Source: Candidatus Heimdallarchaeota archaeon (GTDB lineage Archaea > Asgardarchaeota > Heimdallarchaeia > Heimdallarchaeales > Heimdallarchaeaceae). From it: DNA of 64,000 nucleotides. The stretch lies in NCBI GenBank assembly GCA_018238545.1, contig JABCTC010000015.1, positions 1-64,000 on the forward strand. Direction: 5' to 3'. The number at the start of each line of letters is the position of its first letter. Position 1 is the first letter of the stretch. The position numbers were made by a program, and so were the translations under genes. The notes under the pieces were generated by a model that had not been told where the DNA came from, did no database searches, and saw nothing but the letters and a program-made list of their open reading frames with translations. Of the stretch, positions 21,404 to 30,465 are shown one piece after another.

Positions 21404-23278
21404 ATGGAAACTATGAGTAATAAAAAATTAACAATCCTCTTTATTTTGGTTCTTTTTCTCAATTCTTTTTTAATAATCGAACCAAATATTGGTTATGATT
21501 TCAATTCTGCTTTGCAGATTGAAAAAATAGAGAATATCGATATCAACGTTGTATTCATTGGTTTTGATTCCGAATACACAATAGAACAAGGTTATGATGG
21601 AATATTAGATTCTGAAGTTGATACATTTGCCTTAATAAATTATCGATTTCCAAATGAAAAATTCCCGCATTCGATTTACAATGTCAATTATAATTTCTCT
21701 TCTTTCAGTTCTTTGGAAGAAACACAGTTTAATGCTTACATTCAAAGTCTAGCCTCAACGACATCATTAGTTGATTGGGAAGTAAATGTAACAGCTGTGG
21801 AAGAATATAGTGTAACAGGTGAATATGACGATCCGCATGATTTGTATGTACCTTGTGAGGGAAAATATATTCCAGTTGAACAAGTTGATTCTTATTTGTT
21901 TGAAAATCATTATCAAAATGTAGATCCTAATTCTGGTTATACTCTCTATTTGATGAATATGTTTCATCTAGATGATCCAGAAACCAACAGTGAACATGCT
22001 TACATCTACAATTTAGTAGATTATGACGCTGTAACATTAGACACTAATCATTTTACTGGTGATTTCGATCGAGCTACAATAGGTTGGGGAGGTGATCAGA
22101 GATATTGTTTTGTTGATATTTCTGCAATCTCTTCGAATATGCTTTTATATTCAATGCTGTTTGAAGCGAATTTAAGCAAAGTACCATCTTATACTCTTTA
22201 TGATTTAGATAACTATGCATCAACCTTAAACCTCAGTTCTAATGATGGAAAAGAAGATATGTTAAATTATATCTCACAGTGGATAAATAGCTATACAAAG
22301 AATGTGTTTCTCAGTCAAGCAATATTTGTTCCCCCGGTGAAGAGCACTTTCGATTTACCAATAGCAGTTATAAGTAATATAACAGATAAAGGCTATCCCC
22401 ATTCAAGTTTATCTTGGGGCATCTCCTCAGACCGGATATATTCCTTTATGAAGGATGGTTTTCCTTGGTTTGACTGGAACATCCCTATTGACTATTATGA
22501 ATTAGATGATTATCCAGACATCTCAGAATACTTCAGTTCAAATATACAACATGAAGAAAGAGGTTATTTTCTTGATATTGTTGATGTGATAGCTGCAATC
22601 GATGATAAACGAGATACATTCTTTGAGAAAAATGAAGAAAATACACCCCTTCCCACTTTTATCTTCTTAACAGATTATGTAGATTTTAGACTTGAAGATA
22701 CAACTTTAGGTGGTATAGCTTTAGGTGAATATCAGATTTTGGTTCGAAATCCCTCTCAAATTTTCTTCGGTGGTGATATTGATCAACCTCTAACTGGGTT
22801 AACACACACACTAGTTCATGAAATAGGTCATAATCTAGCATTAGATCATCCTCATAATACTGAATACGGCTATGGAGCAATGTTCATTGAAGACGTTATG
22901 AGCTATCAGTACACATCACATGGTTTTAGTATATTTTCACAAGACACTGTTGGTAGATTCCAGTTTAATTATCATTACCTAATAGCTAAGGACAATCTAA
23001 CAAATGTTGAAAATCAAAACCTAATAGGTTTAAACAAAGCCAATGAACTTGTTGTATCGAGTTATGAGAAGTATCTCGAAATGGATTACAATAGTGCTAT
23101 TAGATTGATGAAAGAAGCTTTGGAGATAATTAACGATCAAGATAATCCGATGAGAAATCCTGTGATTTTATCAGTAGTAATAATAGGTTGTACAGTAACA
23201 CTTTCGGTTGGAATAGTTCTAACTATCAAATATAAGTTAATTGCAAAAATTAAGCGTTTAGTTACAAAACGAACATGA
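21404..23278 (+). CDS. Secreted, membrane-anchored zinc metalloprotease (metzincin)
   Basis: HEIGHNLALDH (HExxHxxxxxH), Met-turn DVMSY; signal peptide and C-terminal TM. Confidence 0.85.
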   Translation: METMSNKKLTILFILVLFLNSFLIIEPNIGYDFNSALQIEKIENIDINVVFIGFDSEYTIEQGYDGILDSEVDTFALINYRFPNEKFPHSIYNVNYNFSSFSSLEETQFNAYIQSLASTTSLVDWEVNVTAVEEYSVTGEYDDPHDLYVPCEGKYIPVEQVDSYLFENHYQNVDPNSGYTLYLMNMFHLDDPETNSEHAYIYNLVDYDAVTLDTNHFTGDFDRATIGWGGDQRYCFVDISAISSNMLLYSMLFEANLSKVPSYTLYDLDNYASTLNLSSNDGKEDMLNYISQWINSYTKNVFLSQAIFVPPVKSTFDLPIAVISNITDKGYPHSSLSWGISSDRIYSFMKDGFPWFDWNIPIDYYELDDYPDISEYFSSNIQHEERGYFLDIVDVIAAIDDKRDTFFEKNEENTPLPTFIFLTDYVDFRLEDTTLGGIALGEYQILVRNPSQIFFGGDIDQPLTGLTHTLVHEIGHNLALDHPHNTEYGYGAMFIEDVMSYQYTSHGFSIFSQDTVGRFQFNYHYLIAKDNLTNVENQNLIGLNKANELVVSSYEKYLEMDYNSAIRLMKEALEIINDQDNPMRNPVILSVVIIGCTVTLSVGIVLTIKYKLIAKIKRLVTKRT

Positions 23279-23300
23279 GCTACAGATTAATCTTCTGAAG

Positions 23301-24161
23301 TTATATACCTGCTTTAGCTTTGAGGAACAACTCAGAGCTATTCCAAGTACTATGATAATTATTGAAGAATTTCTTCAATATTTTTTTTCCAAAAAATCTA
23401 ACTTGAGATTCATAACATTCTAATGCTTCAATTTTGAGATTTTCATATCCTTTAATAGAGTTAGTCTTTAGCTCCCACTCGATATCTAGATATTTTGCAG
23501 GAAGTAATTTCTCAATTGAACCTCCGGAAATCATTGAATTCATAACTGATGTAATCATGAAGAGTTTAAAGCTAGATTTCTCTGGTTTTTTTGTTCCTAT
23601 AGTGATTAATTTGTTACCCAAGTAATGTTTTCTTCGAATTTTTGTACTAATCATTCCATAGAAATCAACATAGAATTGGAATTTCTCGAATATTGCATAA
23701 TCAACCATATACATTAAGGAAGCTAAAAACACTTCAACATGATCAAAATGATTGCCTATTGCTAAGGGGGCATAAAATATTGCTTTTGGATATTTTTCGA
23801 TAAGCTCATCTAATACTGTTTGAATCTCAATTAAGTTAGAGAACTGTTTTAAACCTTCTGAGAGATTAATTTTGAAAACATCTGTTGGTTTCTTAAGTAA
23901 AGGTTGTCTATAGGCTCTTTCTTCTATTTCCAACCATTTGTAGTCAACACTGAGTCTGTTGAGAGCTTTTTGATCTTCCTTCTTTCTTTGATCATAAATA
24001 GCGAATTTATGAAACTTCTTAGGGATTTTTTTGATGTCAGGATTTTTTGTGAAAATTGATACAACAAGAACCTCTTCTCTCTGATATACGAGTTTAGCAA
24101 TTGTGCCTCCGCAGCTAGCTACTGCATCATCTAGGTGAGGTGAGAGAAAGATATGCTGCAT
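23301..24161 (-). CDS. PIG-L/LmbE family deacetylase
   Basis: LSPHLDDAVASCGG, R..ED, GNHFDH, K..A..CYESQ. Confidence 0.9.
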   Translation of the reverse strand: MQHIFLSPHLDDAVASCGGTIAKLVYQREEVLVVSIFTKNPDIKKIPKKFHKFAIYDQRKKEDQKALNRLSVDYKWLEIEERAYRQPLLKKPTDVFKINLSEGLKQFSNLIEIQTVLDELIEKYPKAIFYAPLAIGNHFDHVEVFLASLMYMVDYAIFEKFQFYVDFYGMISTKIRRKHYLGNKLITIGTKKPEKSSFKLFMITSVMNSMISGGSIEKLLPAKYLDIEWELKTNSIKGYENLKIEALECYESQVRFFGKKILKKFFNNYHSTWNSSELFLKAKAGI

Positions 24162-24425
24162 AGTGATTAATTATTCATTAAAATTAATAAGATTATTCCT
24201 CTTTAACTTTTATTCCAATATCTTCTGAGTTTTCTTTGTTAGTTGGTGTTTATCTTTATAGCAGAATGTCTATAACACTTAAGTTCTATCTATAACTATC
24301 TGCGGGTATTTTTAATTATAATCTATTCATTAAGCTCACCCCAACTGTTATATGTATGACTTTAAACTTTCGATAATTAAGGATAATGTGTTATTACGCA
24401 TAATAATTGTCGGACAAATTTTATT

Positions 24426-24866
24426 GTGATTGCTATGATTACAAAGAAAAAAGTTATGAAAAAAATCGTTAAGTCTGTTTGGGTTTTTAACTGGTTTAAT
24501 TCATGTGGTTTCATTGAGATAATTCCCGTTGTAGGTTCTAGGTGGGATATGGAACGTTTTGGTTTAGTTGCTGTGAATTCTCCAAGGAAAGCAGATGCCC
24601 TGTTCATAGCGGGATATCAAACACCCAAATCAATGAAAAGAGCTCAACAAATATATGAGCAAATGCCAAGTCCGAAATTTGTTTTTGCGCTTGGATGCTG
24701 TACCATGACTGGAGGAATGTATTGGGATTCTTATAACACAGTTAAACGAATAGATGATTATCTTCCCGTTTTTATGTATATTCCTGGTTGTCCCCCAAGA
24801 CCTGAAGCAATATTCGATGCAGTACACAAAGTTGTCGTGCATGTTGATGAGTTGCCAGATGAGTGA
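24426..24866 (+). CDS. NuoB/MbxJ-like Fe-S small subunit
   Basis: SCGFIE, WDMERFG, SPRKAD, LGCCTMTGG, IPGCPPRPEA. Confidence 0.9.
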   Translation: MIAMITKKKVMKKIVKSVWVFNWFNSCGFIEIIPVVGSRWDMERFGLVAVNSPRKADALFIAGYQTPKSMKRAQQIYEQMPSPKFVFALGCCTMTGGMYWDSYNTVKRIDDYLPVFMYIPGCPPRPEAIFDAVHKVVVHVDELPDE

Positions 24867-25411
24867 TGAAGATGAGTAGAAAAGATAAACAAAATAAGAA
24901 TAAATCTATTGAAGAAAAACTAATTAAAGATTTAAGCTTAAAATTAGATACCACAGTTCATTATCAAAAGGAACGAAGGTTATGGATATCAATTAATCCT
25001 GATCAAATCGTAGAAACATGTTCTAAAGCGTATGAATTGGGCTTTGAACACCTTTCAACAATATCTGTTACAGATTGGTTAGATGAAGGTAAGCATGAAG
25101 TGACGTACCATCTTTGGTCTTATTCTCATAATCATCTACTAACAATAAAAACAAAAATAGATAGAAAGAAACCTATAATTTCCTCAATTAGCTCAATTTG
25201 GGGTGGCAATGCTGAAACCTGTGAACGTGAGTGTCATGAACTATTTGGCGTAAAATTTGAAGGTAATCCTAATCTTACTCCATTGTTTCTTGAAGATTGG
25301 GAAGGTCCCCCTCCATTTTTGAAAGATTTCAATTGGCGAGAATTTGTCAAGAAGGATATGTATGACCAAAATAATCCGAGAGAAAAAGTATACTTTGAGG
25401 TGAAAAAATGA
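24863..25411 (+). CDS. NuoC/MbxK-like subunit
   Basis: HLSTISVTDW, YHLWS, ERECHELFGVKFEGNP, PFLKDF. Confidence 0.9.
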   Translation: MMKMSRKDKQNKNKSIEEKLIKDLSLKLDTTVHYQKERRLWISINPDQIVETCSKAYELGFEHLSTISVTDWLDEGKHEVTYHLWSYSHNHLLTIKTKIDRKKPIISSISSIWGGNAETCERECHELFGVKFEGNPNLTPLFLEDWEGPPPFLKDFNWREFVKKDMYDQNNPREKVYFEVKK

Positions 25412-26526
25412 CAAAAATAAAAGAACATAATGTGAACAGCGACTTCGCAATGAACTTCGGTCCAGCTCATCCAGGATCAGGAAATTTTGCAATAAAAGTT
25501 GAGATGCGTGGGGAACGAGTACTTAAAGCAACTGCTGATCCAGGATACCTTCACCGTGGGTTTGAAAAAATGATGGAATACCGGGAACCAATGCAAAATG
25601 CAGTTATGTCGGATCGAGTATGTGTTTTGGAACCATTACAATGGAATTTGGTTCATGCTGAAGCAGTTGATTATCTTATGGGTTATGAAATACCTGATAG
25701 AGCTAAACATATCCGTGTAATTCTTGCAGAGCTTTCGAGAATTCAGTCCCATTTCATTTGGTATGCTGTATTATCCTTAGGAACAGGTTTCATGACTGGT
25801 TTTAATGTCGCTATAGGATATAGAGATTATATCTTAGATGTTCTCAACCTAATCACTGGTGGGAGAGTCTATCCTGCAGGTTACATTTGTCCTGGAGGAG
25901 TTAGAAAAGATTTTCCAGAGAAAGCTGAAAATAAAATATTGGAACTACTTCCAAAAATTGACTACATGAGAAAATTCATGCTAAAAGAAAATCCAGCGTG
26001 GTTAGCACGTTTCAAGGATGTTGGCATATTAACAAAAAGGGAGGCTATTAAGTTTGGGGCAACTGGTCCAGTATTACGTGGAAGTGGAGTTGCATCAGAT
26101 GTGAGGCGTGATGATCCATATGAAATATATGATGAACTAGAATTCGAAATTCCAGTTATGGATGAAGGAGATGCTTATGCTCGTTTCAATGTTGGTATGC
26201 AGGAAATAGAAGAGAGTATGAAAATAATTACTCAAGCTATTGACCGAATACCAAAAGGGGAAGTTAAAACACCAAACCTCAAACCTACAGTAAAATTTCA
26301 ACAAGCTAAAGGAGAGATCTACATACGTAATGAACTATCTCGAGGAGAAGGTGCTTTTTATATGGTTGCAACAGGTCAGAAAACACCTTATAGGGTGAAA
26401 ATACGTGGACCCTCTTTTACCCATATGATTCCAATAGTTGAACATCTATTAACAGATGTAGATTATGCAGATGTACCTGCAATTTATTGGAGCTTATATC
26501 AGTGTCCCGCAGATGTAGATAGGTGA
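25408..26526 (+). CDS. NuoD/MbxL-like large subunit (not a Ni-binding hydrogenase)
   Basis: NFGPAHP, GYLHRGFEK, RVCVLEP, ELSRIQSH, C-terminal QCPADVDR; only one Cys per L1/L2 site. Confidence 0.9.
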   Translation: MTKIKEHNVNSDFAMNFGPAHPGSGNFAIKVEMRGERVLKATADPGYLHRGFEKMMEYREPMQNAVMSDRVCVLEPLQWNLVHAEAVDYLMGYEIPDRAKHIRVILAELSRIQSHFIWYAVLSLGTGFMTGFNVAIGYRDYILDVLNLITGGRVYPAGYICPGGVRKDFPEKAENKILELLPKIDYMRKFMLKENPAWLARFKDVGILTKREAIKFGATGPVLRGSGVASDVRRDDPYEIYDELEFEIPVMDEGDAYARFNVGMQEIEESMKIITQAIDRIPKGEVKTPNLKPTVKFQQAKGEIYIRNELSRGEGAFYMVATGQKTPYRVKIRGPSFTHMIPIVEHLLTDVDYADVPAIYWSLYQCPADVDR

Positions 26527-26527
26527 G

Positions 26528-26911
26528 ATGATAAAAATGAAATTAGGTATAATTAAAGAAGTATTCAAAAATGTCTTCACAAAACCAATGACAGTACTTT
26601 TTCCTTTTGAAAAAATTGAGATTCCAGAGCGGAATAGAGGCGAACATAGTTTTGACATTGATACATGCATTTCATGTGGAGCTTGCGCTAGAATCTGCCC
26701 GAATCTAGCAATAGAAATGATAGACGCGCCCCAGGAATTAAAAAAGAAGTATCCCAAAACCTATCCTCAGATAGATATAGGTAAATGTTGTTTTTGCGCA
26801 TTATGTCAAGATGTCTGTCCAAAAGGGTCAATTAAACTTACAACTAATGTTTTCTTAGCGACCTTTGATAAAGATGACACAGTAAGAAGTCCTATGTCAT
26901 GGAATAAGTGA
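26528..26911 (+). CDS. NuoI/MbxN-like 2x[4Fe-4S] subunit
   Basis: CISCGACARICP and CCFCALCQDVCP; N-terminal T..FPFE..RG. Confidence 0.9.
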   Translation: MIKMKLGIIKEVFKNVFTKPMTVLFPFEKIEIPERNRGEHSFDIDTCISCGACARICPNLAIEMIDAPQELKKKYPKTYPQIDIGKCCFCALCQDVCPKGSIKLTTNVFLATFDKDDTVRSPMSWNK

Positions 26912-27079
26912 AGTTGTCCTCCTTCCTTATTCCTTCTCTTTTTTTTACAAAGCTCGAAATGATATGTATATTGTTTCTCATATTTAATGAGCTATTTTTC
27001 AATAGATAACTTTTAATTGAGTAATAATTCACAATTCTTGTTTATCTTATAGACACGTTTTCAAGTTACATAAATACAG

Positions 27080-27544
27080 GTGACAAAAATGAGTTATGGT
27101 ATAGATAGAAGACCAAGTGGCGGTCGAGGGAAAGGTGGAGGTCGAAGACCAGGTGGAGGTCGAGGACAAGGTGGGAAAATTGGTATGGGATCAGGAGGTT
27201 GGTGTGTCTGCACAGCTTGTGGGCAAAGAGCTGCTCACCAGCGAGGTGAAACCTGTAATCAGAAGCAATGTTCATCTTGTGGGGAGAGGATGATAAGAGA
27301 TATAGGAACTCAAGGTTTCCCTCAACAAGTAAACTCTAGAACTTCAAATCCTATGCAGAGTAGTTTTCAAAGATTCAAAATCCCGATTGTTGATGAAGGT
27401 AAATGCGTTGGATGTTCTTTGTGTTTAAGTAGTTGCAGATATAATGCAATACACATGGTAAATGGTAAAGCACATATTCAAGAAAACCTGTGCCAGGGGT
27501 GTAAGGCTTGTATTCCCTCATGTCCTCATGGAGCTATATCCTAA
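27080..27544 (+). CDS. Ferredoxin with Gly/Arg-rich N-terminus and Cys-rich zinc-ribbon-like domain
   Basis: RGG-type repeats; CVCTACG..HQRG..C...C..CG; CVGCSLCLSSC and CQGCKACIPSCP. Confidence 0.85.
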   Translation: MTKMSYGIDRRPSGGRGKGGGRRPGGGRGQGGKIGMGSGGWCVCTACGQRAAHQRGETCNQKQCSSCGERMIRDIGTQGFPQQVNSRTSNPMQSSFQRFKIPIVDEGKCVGCSLCLSSCRYNAIHMVNGKAHIQENLCQGCKACIPSCPHGAIS

Positions 27545-27628
27545 ACGTAAATTTTTACAAAGTAATAATGATGCTTATTTGTCTTCTTGTCTTATTAGAC
27601 AAAGCTAGGTAAATGTCGTGCTTAGAGG

Positions 27629-28888
27629 TCATGATATAGGGCGAAGACACTCTATACTCACTCTGAGTGGATACATCACGTATCCTCCTACCCCGTTCAC
27701 CTTGCGTTTAGGCAAGGCTTTCGGATCGCTTTTTATCAGAATATTATATGCAGCATTAACATCAGCATTGATCAAGTGGCCTTGAGCTGAACGAAACAGC
27801 CCTCGGTGGATTCTTTTCCCTTTGTAATTTTTCCGCTTTTTAGGGAACTCATTATCCAGGAAACTGCTTTTAGAGGTGTATTGTTCAGGAATCGTCTCAA
27901 CTTTTATCCCTCGTTCTGTTCCTTTGTATTTTAGCAAATCGATGATTTTCAAGAATGGGATGGTGACGAACATCTGGGTGGTTTTTTTCCAAAAATGCAT
28001 TCCTTGTTTCCATAGCTCATTATACCCTATCACCACTTCATGTAGCCCTCGTTCCACCCACAAGTCAACCAGATACTTGGTTAATTTGTGGATAGCATCG
28101 TTTAGCTTTTTTCTCCACTTTTCTTTGAGCTTATAGTAAGCTGGACCATATTTTAGACGATTATTCGATTGCAATTGTTTTCTCTGTTGCTGACTATACT
28201 GTAGTTGTAGTTTCTTCTGTTCTTTCAGATAATACTGTGTAATTGATTTTATCCCTTTCCCTGCGTCTTTGATAACAATCGGTCTTCCTCCGAGGTTATC
28301 CACGAAAGCGGCAAGGTTGTCCATCCCTAAATCCACAGCTCCTTTTCTGGTCAACTTTTTCCTGAGATTGGGTATACTCTTGAGATAAACAAGTTCAAGG
28401 GTATAGTGAGTTCTTCGGGGAATGATTCTTACTTCTCTTAACTCTGCTTGAGCTGTTAGCCTTGTCTTGTAAGTGTACTTCACTTTCTTAGGTAACACTA
28501 ACCATCCATTGACAATACGTGCTTGTTGATTGGTGAAGATAGCTACTACTTCCCCATCCTTCTTTTTGTAGTTAGGTGGATTAGGCATGGCAAAAAACAA
28601 TGTTGGGTTCTTCTTCCACTCTTGTTTCGCTCGGAAAAAGCTCTTCCAGGTTCTAGAAAGGAGTTTGAGAGTTTGTTGGGCAACATGAGCAGGAAGGACT
28701 CTGTAGCATTCTTCCTGTTTCAACTGTCTGTCAAGATCATAGTAAAAGAGAAGTTTACTTGTTTGCTTCAAGGAGGTTTTTATCAGAAAATTTGCCCAAT
28801 TATAGAGATTTTTTGCTTGATGACAGATTCTGCTCAGTGCTGGATGATACTCCACTTCTATACGCTCTGCTCGCAGTACCTTTGCCAT
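27629..28888 (-). mobile_element. tnpB: TnpB RNA-guided nuclease, IS200/IS605-family element without tnpA
   Basis: AKNLYNWAN, QQTL, PPNYKKK, RuvC-I AVDLG, VIGYN..WKQ, EQYTSK, RuvC-III NADVNAAYNI. Confidence 0.92.
27669..27718 (-). ncRNA. Putative omega-RNA (reRNA) hairpins in tnpB 3' end; true boundaries unknown
   Basis: Hairpins GCCUUGC/GCAAGGU and GGAUAC/GUAUCC, structurally conserved with the second tnpB. Confidence 0.55.
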
Positions 28889-29124
28889 CTTTCGTTGACC
28901 CAGAGTTCATTATAAAAACTCCCGTAATATGCGCTTTAAACACTCCATTTAAACTGATACAATTGTAGCGAATATGACTACAAGACAAAAATTTATTATA
29001 AACAAAATACGTGGAATTTTGTAGTTTTATGTGTCTGTAATAAAGATTTACAAATTCTAAATTTCTGGAGTGTATCATTCTTGTAATACTTGTTTTTAAG
29101 AAGCATAAAACGGACTTATTTTTT

Positions 29125-29328
29125 ATGAAATTCTTCAACTATTTCGATGTTCCTGAAGAAGAACTCGAAACAGAAGGTGTTCTAAATTATCTTAAATCAG
29201 TTTTTAAAGAGATTGATGCACCAGAAGGTAGAATTCTTGCTTGGTATAAACTTTCCCACGAGGATAAAGGGATGAGTAGAATCTGTGCTATCTATGAAGT
29301 TAAAGACAAAATAAGAAGCGCAAGATGA
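29125..29328 (+). CDS. Small hypothetical protein
   Basis: 67-aa ATG ORF in an otherwise empty interval, plausible composition. Confidence 0.55.
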   Translation: MKFFNYFDVPEEELETEGVLNYLKSVFKEIDAPEGRILAWYKLSHEDKGMSRICAIYEVKDKIRSAR

Positions 29329-29420
29329 TGTGAAACTTAGCAAAAAATGGTTTTTCTTTATTTCATCTACAGTTTGTTTATTGTTTTTATATGAAAAACA
29401 CGCAATATTAAAGGGAGAAC

Positions 29421-29684
29421 ATGATTAGCATAAGGGAAGAAAAGAAAAGAAATCCAATAAAATTACAGAATAGATACCCTCATCTTGGAAGAGCACTAGA
29501 TCTTTTAGATTCTCAAACAATTCGCGATAGAATGATGGGTTATGCTCTCGTTACAACTTGTTTTCATCTTTGCCCAGAAGAAATGAGAGAATTTATACAC
29601 GAAAAGTGGAAGAATGAAGAGCTAGTAAAGGGGAGGATAAAAAAAGAATTTATTGAATATTGTATCAAAAAATTTGATGTTTAA
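29421..29684 (+). CDS. Small hypothetical protein
   Basis: 87-aa ATG ORF preceded by AAGGGAG; converges on the HEAT gene. Confidence 0.6.
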   Translation: MISIREEKKRNPIKLQNRYPHLGRALDLLDSQTIRDRMMGYALVTTCFHLCPEEMREFIHEKWKNEELVKGRIKKEFIEYCIKKFDV

Positions 29685-29685
29685 T

Positions 29686-30465
29686 TTAATTTTTACTTAC
29701 ATTTTCTGCGACAGGAAAGTATGTGGGATAGATTAACTTGGCGAAATTTTGATATATTTCTACACTATAATCTTTTGTTTCAATAAGAGATTCTAGTTTT
29801 ACTATTTCTGATTCAGTATATCCTTTCATATCTGGAAATGATTCAGGATCACCATAATCTAATATCTTGACTACAAATTCATCTAGTTTAGTCAGCTCAA
29901 GATAGGATTCAATTATCAGATGAATATGTGGAGTTAGTTTCTCAATAATCTCTTCTTCCTTCACAGAATTTGTAATTCTAATTACTGAAAGAATAGCAGC
30001 TCTCTTTGTTATGTAATCTCGAGCATATGCTACATTTTTGAGCGGATATAAAACATCTACATCATCTAAGTATCCAATAGCTCTTATGGCGGCATATTGT
30101 AAATCATAACCACTTTCTTCGAGCATTTTGATGAGATAAGGTTTAGAATCATAATGTTTTAGTTTACCTAATACCTCTAAGATCGTTAGTTTAGTAGATA
30201 AAGAACTTCTTTCAACGAGATCATGTAGATGAGTTAAAACCTCTTTCTTTGATTCTGGGTATTTGGAAGTAAGAAATAGTATAGAAGAAGCTGCAGCATT
30301 TCTCACATTCCATTCCGAATCTTCTAACAGCGGTAGTAGTTTTTTTACTGTTTTTGCTTTACCCTTAATCTGTTGAAATAATGCAAAGTGAACTCTGTCT
30401 AATGGAATCTCACTTTGTAATTTTTTACCCATGCCTAATCCTTTAAGGAAATTCTCAACACTCAT
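29686..30465 (-). CDS. HEAT-repeat protein
   Basis: LLPLLEDSEWNVRNAAA, LEVLGKL, LQYAAIRAIG, KRAAILSV. Confidence 0.85.
   Translation of the reverse strand: MSVENFLKGLGMGKKLQSEIPLDRVHFALFQQIKGKAKTVKKLLPLLEDSEWNVRNAAASSILFLTSKYPESKKEVLTHLHDLVERSSLSTKLTILEVLGKLKHYDSKPYLIKMLEESGYDLQYAAIRAIGYLDDVDVLYPLKNVAYARDYITKRAAILSVIRITNSVKEEEIIEKLTPHIHLIIESYLELTKLDEFVVKILDYGDPESFPDMKGYTESEIVKLESLIETKDYSVEIYQNFAKLIYPTYFPVAENVSKN

Noticed and set aside
24426-26911. Group 4 [NiFe]-hydrogenase
   Set aside because: Large subunit lacks both CxxC Ni-binding motifs and no maturation genes are nearby
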